Of a DNA stretch of 64,000 nt, positions 9,883 through 20,570 are shown one piece after another. The stretch comes from an uncultured Acidobacteriota bacterium (GTDB lineage: Bacteria > Acidobacteriota > Terriglobia > UBA7540). The translations under genes and the position numbers were made by a program. Location: NCBI GenBank assembly GCA_963804995.1, contig CAWDSK010000003.1:704001-768000 (forward strand). The letters run 5' to 3'. Under the pieces are notes generated by a model that was not told where the DNA came from, ran no database searches, and saw nothing but the letters and a program-made list of their open reading frames with translations. Numbering within the stretch: the first letter of the stretch is position 1; each line of letters starts with the position of its first letter.

Positions 9883-10968
9883 TTAATCCACCATCTTCGC
9901 GACATGAACCTCGAACCCGGTTCCGGGCAGGAGAGCGGTGAGGGCAAAGGCGGTAAAACCGTCGCCGGCCATTTCAGTGCGGCGATAGACACCGGGTTCA
10001 CTTTCGACGGTTTCGCGACGCCCCCCGAAATCCTGTAAGAAAGCCTGGGCATCTCTGATGTCGGGACGCCCGGAGGTCTTAGACCGCGACAGCGCTTCGG
10101 CCGCGTAGGAGCGGATAAGTTTGGGCCAGTATTTTTCGAGCAGTGCGGTGCTGGCGAAGAGATCAGTCCAGATGATCTGATCGTTGACGGCCACAACCAC
10201 ACCCACGGCGTTCCGGTCGCGCAACTCGCGCATCACTCCCAGGTATGACTGCTCCAGGGGCACGGCGACATCGTCCACGCGCTGTTTCACCTGGGGACTG
10301 GCCATCACCCCGGCATAAGACGTGGTCGGTTCCGCGGGGCGGGCGGCGGGTGCGCTGGCGCCTAAGCCGATGGCGGAAGCTGAGGAACGAACTTCCGACC
10401 ATACCTTCTCTTGATCTTTGTCGGCCATGGCGCTGCGCCGCACGCTGGGCTGTGCCATCTGTGCATGGAAAGAGCCAAAACCGGATTTGGTTGCGACCCA
10501 GCGCCCCGGTTCCACGCAAAAGACTGCGAGGTCGATGGGATCGCTGTTGGGCGGGACGATGCGGTCCTTACCCACCACCCGGTCCTGCTTGCCTCCCGTG
10601 ACGATCTCGCCCGCGAGCAGAATCAGGGGGCGGTCGGAATTGTTGACCAGGACCAGCTTGTTGACCTCGGCGCCATCGCCAGGAATGTAGCCCTGGCGCC
10701 CGCGAATAAGCGGCCGAATGCCTCCGGACTCGCTGACCGTGACTTCGCCCGAGCGCAGGCCCTCATCGAGCGTCAGAAAACTGTGCGTGTCATGGGTGCG
10801 GGCGGCGACGACCGGGAAAATCGTAAGGTTACCGCGGCTGATCGGCGCCAGCACTTTGTAGGTTGTGGTGATCTCGCCCGCCTCGACGCGGCCGGGCTCC
10901 CAGGGGGAGACCATCAGGATAGCCAGTATGCTCATTAAACCCAAACCCAACAGGTATTTTCCAGTCAT
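9883..10968 (-). CDS. Secreted ARPP-1/DUF6569-like protein
   Basis: LLAGEIVTGGKQDR and FCVEPGRW motifs; N-terminal signal/TM. Confidence 0.7.
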   Translation of the reverse strand: MTGKYLLGLGLMSILAILMVSPWEPGRVEAGEITTTYKVLAPISRGNLTIFPVVAARTHDTHSFLTLDEGLRSGEVTVSESGGIRPLIRGRQGYIPGDGAEVNKLVLVNNSDRPLILLAGEIVTGGKQDRVVGKDRIVPPNSDPIDLAVFCVEPGRWVATKSGFGSFHAQMAQPSVRRSAMADKDQEKVWSEVRSSASAIGLGASAPAARPAEPTTSYAGVMASPQVKQRVDDVAVPLEQSYLGVMRELRDRNAVGVVVAVNDQIIWTDLFASTALLEKYWPKLIRSYAAEALSRSKTSGRPDIRDAQAFLQDFGGRRETVESEPGVYRRTEMAGDGFTAFALTALLPGTGFEVHVAKMVD

Positions 10969-11132
10969 CGTTTATCCCTCCCAAATTTATTGACCGAGAG
11001 TAAGAGTCTCGGTCTATGGGAAGAACGCTTGGGAGTATAATTCTTGCATCGAAAGTATCCGGCACCCGGATGGAGGTTTGAAAACAGGGATTCGGGACAC
11101 GGGATACGGGACGCGCGCGCTGGCTGCACCTA

Positions 11133-12028
11133 ATGACCGACGATACCCAAACCGCCCCTCGGTCCGGCCTGGCAAATCTGCCGGAAGCAGTGGTGGCGAA
11201 GCTTTATGGGCAAGCCGGGGGGGAGAAACTTGGCCTCTCGCCGCAGGACTTCGCAGCCATTCTGGGCGAGGTCGCCGCCAAGTACCTTCCTGCTGAGGCC
11301 ACATCTGGTGAGGTTTCAGAACTCCTCCAAACCTTGCGCGTTGAAGAACTGGCTCTGGCTTCGAAGCCTGCGCTCAGGGCAACGAAGCTGCCTGGGAGAT
11401 TTTCCTGAACCGCTACCGTGAGAAACTTTACAGCGCGGCCTATTCCATCGCCCGGGAAGATTCCGCGGCCAGGGAGCTGGCGGATTCTCTCTACGCTGAC
11501 CTCTATGGCACGCGAGTGGCCGATGACCAGCGCGTTTCTAAGCTGAACTCTTACACGGGCCGCGGCTCACTCGAGGGCTGGCTGCGGGCCGTACTGGCGC
11601 AGGAGTTTGTAAATCGGTATCGAAAGCAACAGCGGCTGGTCAGCCTGGAGGAGCAGACGGAGGCGGGCGCGCAGTTCGCGGCGGATGATCCTGACCCGGC
11701 GGAGGCCGTCGATGCACGTTTGCAAGAGGCTACGGACCAGGCGCTCGGTTCACTTGCGGCAGAAGATAAACTCATTCTGGCCAGCTACTTCCTGGATGGC
11801 CGCACCCTGGCCGAAATTGCGCGCCTGGTGGGCGTGCACGAATCGACCATCAGCCGGAAACTCAAGAAGATAATAGCGTTGATTCGCAAGCGCATCCATG
11901 CCGGCCTGGTGAAACGCGGCATGCACCCAAATGAAGCGGAACAGGCGATGGATGTCGATGTAACCGAATTCTCCCTGGATGTTCGACGAAAGCTGATGCA
12001 AGAAAAAGGGGAGCCAACCGTTCCATAA
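11133..12028 (+). CDS. ECF sigma-70 factor, apparent frameshift near 11360-11365
   Basis: Removing 2 nt gives LALARACAQGNEAAWEIF; SYTGRGSLEGWLR and region 4 LAEIARLVGVHESTISR. Confidence 0.8.
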
Positions 12029-12103
12029 TTGGAGGCACAGGCGCCGTCCAGGTTCCGATGGCGCAAGGAGGACGGTCGGGACGATTCCGACCGGCTAGAG
12101 ACT

Positions 12104-13444
12104 ATGCCCGGACTACCCAAAATCGTGTTGGCGCGGCTGAGAGCGAAATCCGCTGTGCCCGGGACTTCCGGCGCGCCTGCCGTGACGGCGAGTTTCGGGG
12201 GCTTGGAGCATCCCGACGCGAACCTTATAGCGGCGTACGTCGAAAAGAACCTCCGAGAAAGAGAGCGAACCGAAGTCCTGAATCATCTCACCCAATGCGC
12301 AGGCTGCCGCGAAATTGTCGCCCTCTCCCTGCCCGCCGAAGAAGAAGTTGCCGAACCCGCGCGCGTGGCTGCCCGAGGGTTTTGGACCCCCAGATTAATG
12401 GTTAGGTGGGGAGCGCTGGCCGCGGCGTTGGGAGTAATGGTAATTGTCGCGATCATCCGCCAACACCCAACCGGCAGGGAGACGATGATCTCCAAGAACG
12501 TCCGGCCGGATATTATCGCGAGCGCCCAGAAACCTGCGCCTCTGCCCCCCGCAGAGTCACCCCCGGCTCAGCCCAACCCCGAGGCTGCAAAGAAGCAAGC
12601 GGAGATGGGGGCTCCTCAAGCTGGTCGCGAGATGGCAAGGCTTGAGAAGCTATCGGTCGGAGCTGGAACCCGCAAGGGGGACACTCAGGTGGCGAGCAAT
12701 GAAGCCAAGGAGAAGGTCCCTTTGATGGCCGCGGCTCGCCCGGCGGCGGCACCGCCGGAACCTGCCAATGTTCCCCTCTCCACCCTGGACCGCGACGTAT
12801 CAAGAGGGCAGACAGGCGCCTTAGGTGGAGCGATGCCTGCCCCGCCCCCGGCCGCGGGGCCCGTCTTCAAGACCGCCGCAGCGCCGGAGAAATCTGAAGT
12901 GAGTGCCGAAACCCAAGCGGGCCGCTCCGGCATGGCCGCGAAGACTGCGACCTTCGATGCTACAAAAGACGTGAGCGCTGCAAATGTGGGAGGACTCTCC
13001 GCGAAGGCTGCGGTGGGGGCTCCCCATGCAGCCGCCCGTGCTCAAGAAGGGGCAGAACTCGCCCCCATTGTGTCCGGCAACAAATTGAAGAGTGCGCCAC
13101 ACGCACTGCTGAGCCGCTGGAGTATCGCGGAAGACGGCAAGGTGCAGCATTACCTCCCCGATTCTGGCTGGGGTGAGGCTCATGTCGATGACCGCGTCAC
13201 TTTCCGGGTCGTTACCGCTGTCGGCAGTGACGTTTGGGCCGGAGGAGCAGGCGGGGCGCTGTACCATTCCGCCAATGATGGCGCGGCCTGGGGCCGCGTC
13301 GAGGTCAACTCCGGGGGCACTTCCGTCACCGAAACCATCGTTGGCATTCAACTTGGCGCCCCGCAGATCGTCACCGTAACCACTGCCTCCGGAGCGCAAT
13401 GGACGAGCGATGACGGCGGCCAACACTGGCAAAAGAAACCTTAA
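12104..13444 (+). CDS. Zinc-finger (ZAS, HxxxCxxC) membrane anti-sigma factor with C-terminal BNR/YCF48-like repeats
   Basis: HLTQCAGC, single TM, SxDxGxxW repeats; adjacent to the ECF sigma. Confidence 0.8.
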   Translation: MPGLPKIVLARLRAKSAVPGTSGAPAVTASFGGLEHPDANLIAAYVEKNLRERERTEVLNHLTQCAGCREIVALSLPAEEEVAEPARVAARGFWTPRLMVRWGALAAALGVMVIVAIIRQHPTGRETMISKNVRPDIIASAQKPAPLPPAESPPAQPNPEAAKKQAEMGAPQAGREMARLEKLSVGAGTRKGDTQVASNEAKEKVPLMAAARPAAAPPEPANVPLSTLDRDVSRGQTGALGGAMPAPPPAAGPVFKTAAAPEKSEVSAETQAGRSGMAAKTATFDATKDVSAANVGGLSAKAAVGAPHAAARAQEGAELAPIVSGNKLKSAPHALLSRWSIAEDGKVQHYLPDSGWGEAHVDDRVTFRVVTAVGSDVWAGGAGGALYHSANDGAAWGRVEVNSGGTSVTETIVGIQLGAPQIVTVTTASGAQWTSDDGGQHWQKKP

Positions 13445-13459
13445 AATCTGGAGACCATC

Positions 13460-14557
13460 ATGAGTCTCGCCAAAACCTTGCACCCCTCCCGACGCAACTT
13501 TCTAAAGCTCCCACTGGCGACGGGAGCCGCCGTGCTGGTCCAAGGGCAGGCTCGCGCTACCACCCCCCACAAAAAGGATGAGTATGACCCGGACAACACC
13601 AAGATCGCGGCGATGATCGATGTGCATTCCTCTACCGATGACGAGTTGCTCCTCCTGAAGCAGATTGGATTGCGCTGGGTCCACGCCTCATTTGGCGACA
13701 ATGGTTCCGCGGAAGTCATCAGGGATGTGCAGGAGCGCCTGGGCCGCTACGGGCTGAGGATCCACTGCGGAATGGTGGATACTTATCGCTCACTGCGAAT
13801 CCAATTGGGCCAGCCAGGCAGAGATCAGGATATCGAAAAGTTTCAGACCTTCCTCCGGGACCTGGGCCACGCCGGCGTTTTCTGCGCCAAAATCGATTTT
13901 CACCCCGGCAATACTTACACCACAAATATGGTTGAGTCTCCGCGCGGGTACAAAGTCCGGGAGTTCAGCGTGGAGGACTTTCGCAGCAAGGTCGAAAAGC
14001 CGCTGTTCGAGCGCCAGTACTCAGCAGAGGATATTTGGACCAATTATACGTATTTCATTAAGGCCGTTCTGCCCGTGGCGGAGAAGGCGAACGTGCGGCT
14101 GGCGTTGCACCCGGACGACCCGCCGATTTCGCCGATGAACGGTGTGGCCAAGGTTTTCATCAACTACGACGGCATCCGGCGCGCCGATGAAATCGCCGGA
14201 CACAGCCCCTACTGGGGATTGACCTTCTGCGTCGGAACCTGGTCAGAAGGCGGCGACAAGATGGGCAAGGACGTTTTTGGAATGATTCAAGACTTCGGGG
14301 CGCGCGGCAAGATTTTTGCCGTCCACTTCCGCAACGTCAGTTCCCCGCTCCCCCGCTTTCACGAGACCTTCCAGGACGACGGCTACCTCAACATGTACCA
14401 GGTCACGAAGGCCCTTCGCCAGGTGCGCTGTTCCGCCTCGCTCATCCCCGATCATTATCCTGGCCTCGTGGGCGACCCGAATCACCGCCTGGCGAACACT
14501 TACTCGATCGCCGCGATGCGAACCATGCTCCACCGGGCGAATGAAGAGGTGGGGTAA
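13460..14557 (+). CDS. Mannonate dehydratase (UxuA)-family protein with Tat signal
   Basis: SRRNFLK; ALHPDDPP, FCVG, VHFRNV, PDH. Confidence 0.85.
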   Translation: MSLAKTLHPSRRNFLKLPLATGAAVLVQGQARATTPHKKDEYDPDNTKIAAMIDVHSSTDDELLLLKQIGLRWVHASFGDNGSAEVIRDVQERLGRYGLRIHCGMVDTYRSLRIQLGQPGRDQDIEKFQTFLRDLGHAGVFCAKIDFHPGNTYTTNMVESPRGYKVREFSVEDFRSKVEKPLFERQYSAEDIWTNYTYFIKAVLPVAEKANVRLALHPDDPPISPMNGVAKVFINYDGIRRADEIAGHSPYWGLTFCVGTWSEGGDKMGKDVFGMIQDFGARGKIFAVHFRNVSSPLPRFHETFQDDGYLNMYQVTKALRQVRCSASLIPDHYPGLVGDPNHRLANTYSIAAMRTMLHRANEEVG

Positions 14558-14646
14558 CCTTCATGCTATACTAGGCCGCGTTGTCGGTTGGTAATAGGCA
14601 GCAGTCGGAATCCCACCCTGGTTGTCAGGCATAAAACCAATAGGGA

Positions 14647-15765
14647 GTGTCCAAAATGAATCGTCGGTCATTCATTGCTTCCACGGGCGTGGCTGCCATC
14701 GCGCTGAAAGACGGCCTCGCGTTAGCCGCGCCGGCCCCAAACCCTGCCCCGGCCCCCGGCCCGCGCGCCCTGATGAAACTCGGGGACCAAAACATGCCGA
14801 CGAATGAGACTCGGCTCAAGTACCTGGCGCGGTACAGCGTCCGCAACATCTGCGGATATCCCCAAATCGGCGAGGGCCGCCGGTGCGCCAACCTGGAGGA
14901 ACTGAAGCGCCTGCGCGACTTGTCGGAAAAGTATGGCGTGGCCGTCGATATGGTCCCGATTCCGTATCTCGCGTCGACGCATATCGATAAGGAACCGCAC
15001 CCCGCCATCATGCTGGCCGATAGTCCCGAGCGCGACCGCGACATCGAAGCTGTGCAGAATCTCATTCGAGATTGCGCCACCGCCGGCATCCCGGCCATCA
15101 AGTACAACATGAACCTTCTGGGAGTGCTGCGCATCGGACGCACCCCGGGACGGGGCGACGCGACGTTAAGCACCTGGCGATTGAAGGACGCGCACCCCAA
15201 TCCGCCGTTAACCCGCGCCGGCCACGTGGAGGCGGACCAGTACTGGGAACGCATCACCTATTTTCTCGACCGCGTGATACCTGTGGCCGAGGAGCACAAG
15301 ATCCGCATGGCATGCCACCCGCACGATCCGGGCGTGCCGCCGGAAGGCTACCAGGGAGTGGTTTGCGTGCTGGGCACCGTAGACGGCTTGAAGAAATTCA
15401 TTACCATCAAGGAGAGCCCCTACCATGGGCTTAACTTCTGCCAGGGCACCGTCTCTGAAATGCTCTACGATCCGGGCAAGGAAATCTTCGACGTCATCCG
15501 CTATTTCGGCTCGCGGAAGAAGATTTTTAATGTGCACTTCCGGAATATTCGCGGCCATCGCGACGATTTCCAGGAGGTCTATCCCGACGAGGGCAGCGTC
15601 GATATGGTCAAGGCCATCCAGGTCTATAAGGAAATCGAGTATCCCTACATGCTGATGCCCGATCACGTGCCCCAAGCGGCGAATGATCCCGGCGACTGGC
15701 AGTCCTTCGCGTATTGCTACGGTTACATCCGCGCCTTGATTCAGGCCGTGGATGAAATGGGATAA
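14647..15765 (+). CDS. Mannonate dehydratase (UxuA)-family protein with Tat signal, second paralog
   Basis: NRRSFI; ACHPHDP, FCQG, VHFRNI, MPDHVP. Confidence 0.85.
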   Translation: MSKMNRRSFIASTGVAAIALKDGLALAAPAPNPAPAPGPRALMKLGDQNMPTNETRLKYLARYSVRNICGYPQIGEGRRCANLEELKRLRDLSEKYGVAVDMVPIPYLASTHIDKEPHPAIMLADSPERDRDIEAVQNLIRDCATAGIPAIKYNMNLLGVLRIGRTPGRGDATLSTWRLKDAHPNPPLTRAGHVEADQYWERITYFLDRVIPVAEEHKIRMACHPHDPGVPPEGYQGVVCVLGTVDGLKKFITIKESPYHGLNFCQGTVSEMLYDPGKEIFDVIRYFGSRKKIFNVHFRNIRGHRDDFQEVYPDEGSVDMVKAIQVYKEIEYPYMLMPDHVPQAANDPGDWQSFAYCYGYIRALIQAVDEMG

Positions 15766-15804
15766 ACTTCGCGCCGTCGCTGCGGCCGCCGGTTGGAGCG
15801 TCTC

Positions 15805-15857
15805 GTAGGGGTACCCCTCGTGGGCCCTTGTGGAGGGCACCCACGAGGGGCCCCTAC
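15805..15857. repeat. GTAG-type REP doublet
   Basis: GTAGGGGTACCCCTCGTGGG...CCCACGAGGGGCCCCTAC. Confidence 0.75.
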
Positions 15858-16146
15858 GAAGCGTGCAAATTGTTTGCTAAAACGACAAGTATTCTCGAGA
15901 TTGCAATGCAGAGTCTCTCGCCCTCCGAGATTCTGCGCTTGCTGCTGGCGTGATTCGAAATAACCGCAGGGCAGGCTGGCGCATCAGAGCGAGCCCAGCT
16001 CTGCGATTCACGCCTCTGACCCTGCCCAAGGATGTTCTCTGGATGCCAAACTACGCAACAAGTTCCCACTTCTAATATCGGAACGATTCGTCCGTCTTGA
16101 CCATGCTTGATCCACACTAAATCGCAGGGCTGCGCCAGCCCCCGCA

Positions 16147-16563
16147 TTATGGCATGTACGCGGTCGAAACGGGGTTGGGGTCCGCCTGCTGGACGGCCGT
16201 CTTGCTGGTGCGATTCCCCGCCGCGTCGTAGGTGTAGCCGGCGATCCCTGGCAGGTAACGCAAGACGCCGAGCCGGCGCGAGAAGGAGCGTAGCGCGGAC
16301 CTCCGATTTTGAGGTCCGCGGCTCTTCATGTGAAAGATTTCAGAACTCCGCTGGTTTCGGATTCGGTAGTGTGAACTTAACGAAGGACCGCAGACCTCAA
16401 AAGCGGAGGTCTGCGCTACCACACCCTTGGTCAGCAGGTTGTTCATCGCGTCATAAGTGTAACTCTCGCTGAGCATGGAGGGGAAGGTTACTTGCGTAAC
16501 CCTTCCCAGAGCGTCGTAGGCAAGCGCTGTGGCGTGGCTCGCCGCGTCTGAATGCTTAGCCAC
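16147..16563 (-). pseudogene. RHS/YD-repeat protein remnant interrupted by a REP doublet
   Basis: YDALGRVTQVTFP...YTYDAMNNL and YTYDAAGNRTS flank the REP insert. Confidence 0.75.
16290..16419. repeat. REP doublet (REPIN-like), GTAG-CGCGGACCTC-loop-GAGGTCCGCG family
   Basis: Inverted pair of GTAG+palindrome units; related copies at 37350-37487, 42352-42489, 29427-29607. Confidence 0.88.
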
Positions 16564-16582
16564 CCCTCAATCCTCTGTCAGC

Positions 16583-16712
16583 ACCACCCCGTCGCTCAGC
16601 GCGCCACCCCTCCTCATCTGAGGCGGGGAGTTCTGGAACAACTCCCCTCCTGATTTAGAGCCTGCCCTGAGCCTGTCGAAGGGTGGGGTGGCGCCTGGGG
16701 CGACGGGGTGGT
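16583..16712. repeat. Composite palindromic repeat (CCACCCCTCC family) carrying a 26-nt micro-insert
   Basis: Inverted homolog at 27018-27191. Confidence 0.8.
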
Positions 16713-16869
16713 TACAGGCAGCGGTCAAAACGCGGCATGGTTACAGTGGCGCTGGGGGAATTTTCCGCGGTGCAGCGTTCTTTCGCGAACGGTCGACAAA
16801 TCAGGACAGGCGCCGCGCCGCCCTTCCGATTCGTGGCGAGAAATGCGGACTGAGGCTTTACCGACCTCT

Positions 16870-17023
16870 CCCCCGCCGTGACACACTCCCCCGCTTCGGT
16901 TATCGGTGGTGTCGGGTAAGAAGATGAACCAAATGTTGACTTCGATAATCGAAAATCACGAATCGCCAATCCCAAATTTGCCGTAGCGCCGCGCCAATCC
17001 AAAATCGAAAATCTAAAATTGCC
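16870..17023 (+). repeat. Dispersed repeat (TCGGTTATCGG...GTAAGAAGATGAACCAAATG + AAATCG-type heptamers)
   Basis: Homologs at about 44016-44148 and 44191-44285. Confidence 0.8.
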
Positions 17024-17141
17024 TGCCCCCTGCGTGCCATCTACCAACCCCGCAGTCCCCGGTGGCATCTTACCGGGGACTGCCGAAGTCTCAGGGAACC
17101 CATCACCACCGCGCTTCGTGAAAGGCTCAGACACGAATACT

Positions 17142-18494
17142 ATGCCCACACTCGCTGCCACCGACAAGCTGTACGCCGAATCAGTCAATCCGCAATGGGT
17201 ACGGCTGCTCAACGTGCTGCAAATGAATGTGCCGTTCGAGCACTGCGAGGGAGCCGAACTTTGGCGTGCGGAGGGCGGAAGGGTTCTCGATTTTCTTTCC
17301 GGCTACTGCGTGCACAACACCGGCCACAATCACCCGCGCATCATTCAGGCGCTCAAGGATGAGCTGGACCGCCACGGGCCGGTGATGCTGCAAAGCCATG
17401 TTCCGGAGCTGGCGGGTGAACTTGGCGCGCGTTTGTGCGAAAGCGCCGGCGGACGCTTGAAAAAAGCCCATTTCACCAGCTCCGGCAGCGAAGGGGTGGA
17501 AACCGCCATCAAGTTTGCGCGTGCCCATACCGGCCGCAACGGCCTGCTCTTCGCCGAGGGCGCCTTCCACGGGCTCACCTGCGGGGCACTGTCCCTGATG
17601 GGCGACGCCTTCTGGCGCGAGGGCTTTGGGCCGCTCCTTCCCGGAACCCGGCAGGTTCCCTTCGGAGATCTGCAGCAACTTGAAACTGAACTTGCCACAA
17701 AGCGCCATGCGGCATTCATCGTCGAACCGATCCAGGGCGAGGGCGGCATCCGAATTCCTGACCCGGAGTACCTGCTGAAAGCCCAAGCGCTCTGCCGGCG
17801 CCATGGCAGCCTCTTCATCCTGGATGAAGTCCAGACGGGAATGTACCGGACGGGCCGCTTTCTGGCCGCTCAACATTTTGGCCTCGACCCCGACGCCGTC
17901 ATCCTTGCCAAGGCCTTGAGCGGTGGCCTGGTCCCGGTGGGGGCCGTCCTCATCACCGACGATATCTACAACTCGGTTTATAGCTCCCTTAAGCGCGCCA
18001 TCATTCACACCTCAACTTTCTCAGAAAACAGCCTGGCCATGCGCGCCGGGCTCGCGACTCTGGACGTCCTGGAATCAGAGAGGCTGGGTGAACGGGCTGC
18101 GACGCTGGGTAGCTACTTGCGGCAAAGATTGCAGGAGGCTCTCTCCCCATACGAAATGGTCAAGGCCGTGAGGGGTTTGGGGCTCTTCTGCGGGGTAGAG
18201 TTCCAGGCGCCCCGGCAGTTTTCGCTGCGAGTTTCCTTTGAAGCCTTCAAGCAAATTCATCCCGCCATGTTCGGACAAATGGTCGTAATTAGGCTCTTTC
18301 GTGATAAAGGTATTCTCACCCAAATCTGTGGCAACAACTTCCTGGTGCTGAAAGTGGCGCCGCCCCTCATCATTGAAAATGAGCAAATTGATGAATTTGT
18401 TGCTAAACTGGGGGAGGTCGTGGAGTTGTTGCATGCTTCCACCACGTTTTGGTCGGAAGCGCTGGGGCTGGCCCGGCGGGTGGTAAGTATCTGA
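17142..18494 (+). CDS. Class III PLP aminotransferase (HpnO/ArgD-like)
   Basis: SGSEGVETAIK, FHG, EPIQGEGG, DEVQTG, LAKALSGG. Confidence 0.9.
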   Translation: MPTLAATDKLYAESVNPQWVRLLNVLQMNVPFEHCEGAELWRAEGGRVLDFLSGYCVHNTGHNHPRIIQALKDELDRHGPVMLQSHVPELAGELGARLCESAGGRLKKAHFTSSGSEGVETAIKFARAHTGRNGLLFAEGAFHGLTCGALSLMGDAFWREGFGPLLPGTRQVPFGDLQQLETELATKRHAAFIVEPIQGEGGIRIPDPEYLLKAQALCRRHGSLFILDEVQTGMYRTGRFLAAQHFGLDPDAVILAKALSGGLVPVGAVLITDDIYNSVYSSLKRAIIHTSTFSENSLAMRAGLATLDVLESERLGERAATLGSYLRQRLQEALSPYEMVKAVRGLGLFCGVEFQAPRQFSLRVSFEAFKQIHPAMFGQMVVIRLFRDKGILTQICGNNFLVLKVAPPLIIENEQIDEFVAKLGEVVELLHASTTFWSEALGLARRVVSI

Positions 18495-18640
18495 AGTATG
18501 CCAGTGTCCTGCCGCCGTTTGTCTTTGCTCCAACTGAATAAAGAAGCGACATTTTGGCGCACCGTACTGACAAACAGCCTGGTAATGCGCAGTTGGGGCA
18601 GTGAGGCGATTCCACTCAATACTTGCGGCTTGCACACCTT

Positions 18641-19472
18641 ATGAGCATCTTGTCAATGCATTTCGTCCTCCTCGCATTGCTCAATGGAGTCCTCAGCCCT
18701 ATCAGTGCCGCGCTTCCATCCTCATCGCCCCTGGAGCTGGGCTATCGGCAGATGTATAACCTGGAGTTCAGCGCCGCCCACAAAACCTTTCAGGAATACT
18801 CACAAGCACACCCCGATGATCCCTTCGGCCCCACGTCGGATGGCGCCGCGTACCTGTTTGCGGAATTTGACCGGCTGGGTGTTTTGCAGACGGAATTATT
18901 TGTGGATAACGAAACTTTCAAAGGCAGGCAGAAGCCCACGCCGGATCCTGCTGCTCGCGACAATTTTAACCGGGCCATCGCCGAGAGTCAGAAGCTGGCC
19001 GACGCGGTCCTTAAGCGTTCCCCCAATGACCACAATGCGCTTTTCGCCACGGTCCTCGAACCTGGGGCTTCAATCTGATTACCTGGCGCTGGTTGAGAAG
19101 CGCGATCTGGCAGCCCTCAGCTACACCAAGCGAGCCGGCCTGACTGCCCAGAAGTTGCTTACCGTTGACCCAACCTGTTACGATGCCTACCTTGCGATCG
19201 GGGTTGAAAACTACATTCTGGGCATAAACCCTGCACCGATCCGTTGGGTGCTGCGGCTTTACGGTGCGGAGACCGATAAGGATTCGGGGATTCAAAAGTT
19301 GCAGTTAACGGCGGAGAAAGGGCATTACCTACTTCCCTTCGCGCGGCTCATGCTGGCCGTGGCAGCCCTGCGCGACAAGAATCGGAACCAGGCCCGAGAC
19401 CTGCTCCAGAACCTGGCGCAAGAGTTTCCCAACAATCAACTGTACAGGAGAGAACTCTCGCGACTCCAGTAA
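18641..19472 (+). CDS. Secreted TPR-like helical protein, apparent 1-nt insertion near 19058
   Basis: ORFs 18623-19078 and 18684-19472 join into one helical-repeat protein with a signal peptide. Confidence 0.7.
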
Positions 19473-19517
19473 GCGCTTCCCCTCTTCCTGGGCGGAGTCC
19501 CGAGCCAAGCTGCCAAC

Positions 19518-20570
19518 ATGAGAATCTCAAGCGTCGGGAGCGCATTTCCCAAACACTACTACCAGCAGGCCGTTCTCAGCGCGGCACTCAAGAAGTACTG
19601 GGATGGCAGGCTAACCAATCCCGAGGTCGTGGATCGAATGCACGCCCACTCCGGGATTGACGGCCGCTATCTCTCCCTGCCTGTCGATGCCTACTACGAC
19701 ATGTCGACGTGGGGACAGGCCAATGACGCCTGGATCGATTGTGCGATGGAACTGGGGGGAGAGGCCCTTTGCCGCGCCCTGGCCGCGGGAGGCCTCACGC
19801 CCCAGGACCTCAACGCCTTGTTCGTGGTGTCGGTCACCGGCATCGCCAGCCCGTCGCTCGATGCCCGTCTGGTCAACCGAATGGGGCTCTCGCCGCGCAT
19901 CAAGCGTATTCCGATTTTTGGATTGGGGTGCGTGGCGGGCGCAGCGGGAATCGCACGCGCCGCGGATTACGTCCGCGCCTTCCCCCATCATCACGCCGCG
20001 CTGCTCTCCGTGGAACTCTGTTCGCTCACCCTTCAAAAAGAAGATGTCTCCATGGCCAACCTCATCTCCGCAGCCTTGTTTGGAGATGGCGCGGCGGCGG
20101 TCATTGTCTCAGGCGCAGAAAAGCACACGGCAGGTCCGGATATCCTGGATACGCGATCCATCTTTTACCCCGAAACCGAACACATCATGGGCTGGGATAT
20201 TTCAGAGAAAGGTTTTCAGATTGTGCTCTCACCGCGCTTGCCGGAGTTGATTGTCGAACGCCTGGGCCATGACGTGGATGCGTTCCTGGGAGACCACGGT
20301 CTGACGCGCAAAGACATCGGCCGCTGGATTCTCCACACCGGAGGTCCCAAAATTCTGGAAGCCACTGGAACAGCGCTGGCGTTGCCACGTGAAGCTTTAG
20401 ATGCCTCGTGGGAATGCCTGCGTAAAGTTGGCAACCTTTCCTCAGCTTCTGTCCTCTTAGTGCTGGAGGAGATCTTCAACCGGCGACGCCCGGAAGCAGG
20501 CACCTACTCCGTGCTGGCCGCCATGGGCCCGGGTTTCTGTTCTGAGCTGGTTCTCCTCAGGTGGGATTGA
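19518..20570 (+). CDS. Type III polyketide synthase (BpsA/SrsA-like)
   Basis: Cys-His-Asn triad contexts GLGCVAG, HTGGPKI, GNLSSAS; LFGDGAAA. Confidence 0.93.
   Translation: MRISSVGSAFPKHYYQQAVLSAALKKYWDGRLTNPEVVDRMHAHSGIDGRYLSLPVDAYYDMSTWGQANDAWIDCAMELGGEALCRALAAGGLTPQDLNALFVVSVTGIASPSLDARLVNRMGLSPRIKRIPIFGLGCVAGAAGIARAADYVRAFPHHHAALLSVELCSLTLQKEDVSMANLISAALFGDGAAAVIVSGAEKHTAGPDILDTRSIFYPETEHIMGWDISEKGFQIVLSPRLPELIVERLGHDVDAFLGDHGLTRKDIGRWILHTGGPKILEATGTALALPREALDASWECLRKVGNLSSASVLLVLEEIFNRRRPEAGTYSVLAAMGPGFCSELVLLRWD

Noticed and set aside
15860..16110. ORF 15854-16147 or an sRNA
   Set aside because: No recognisable motif; only a weak hairpin
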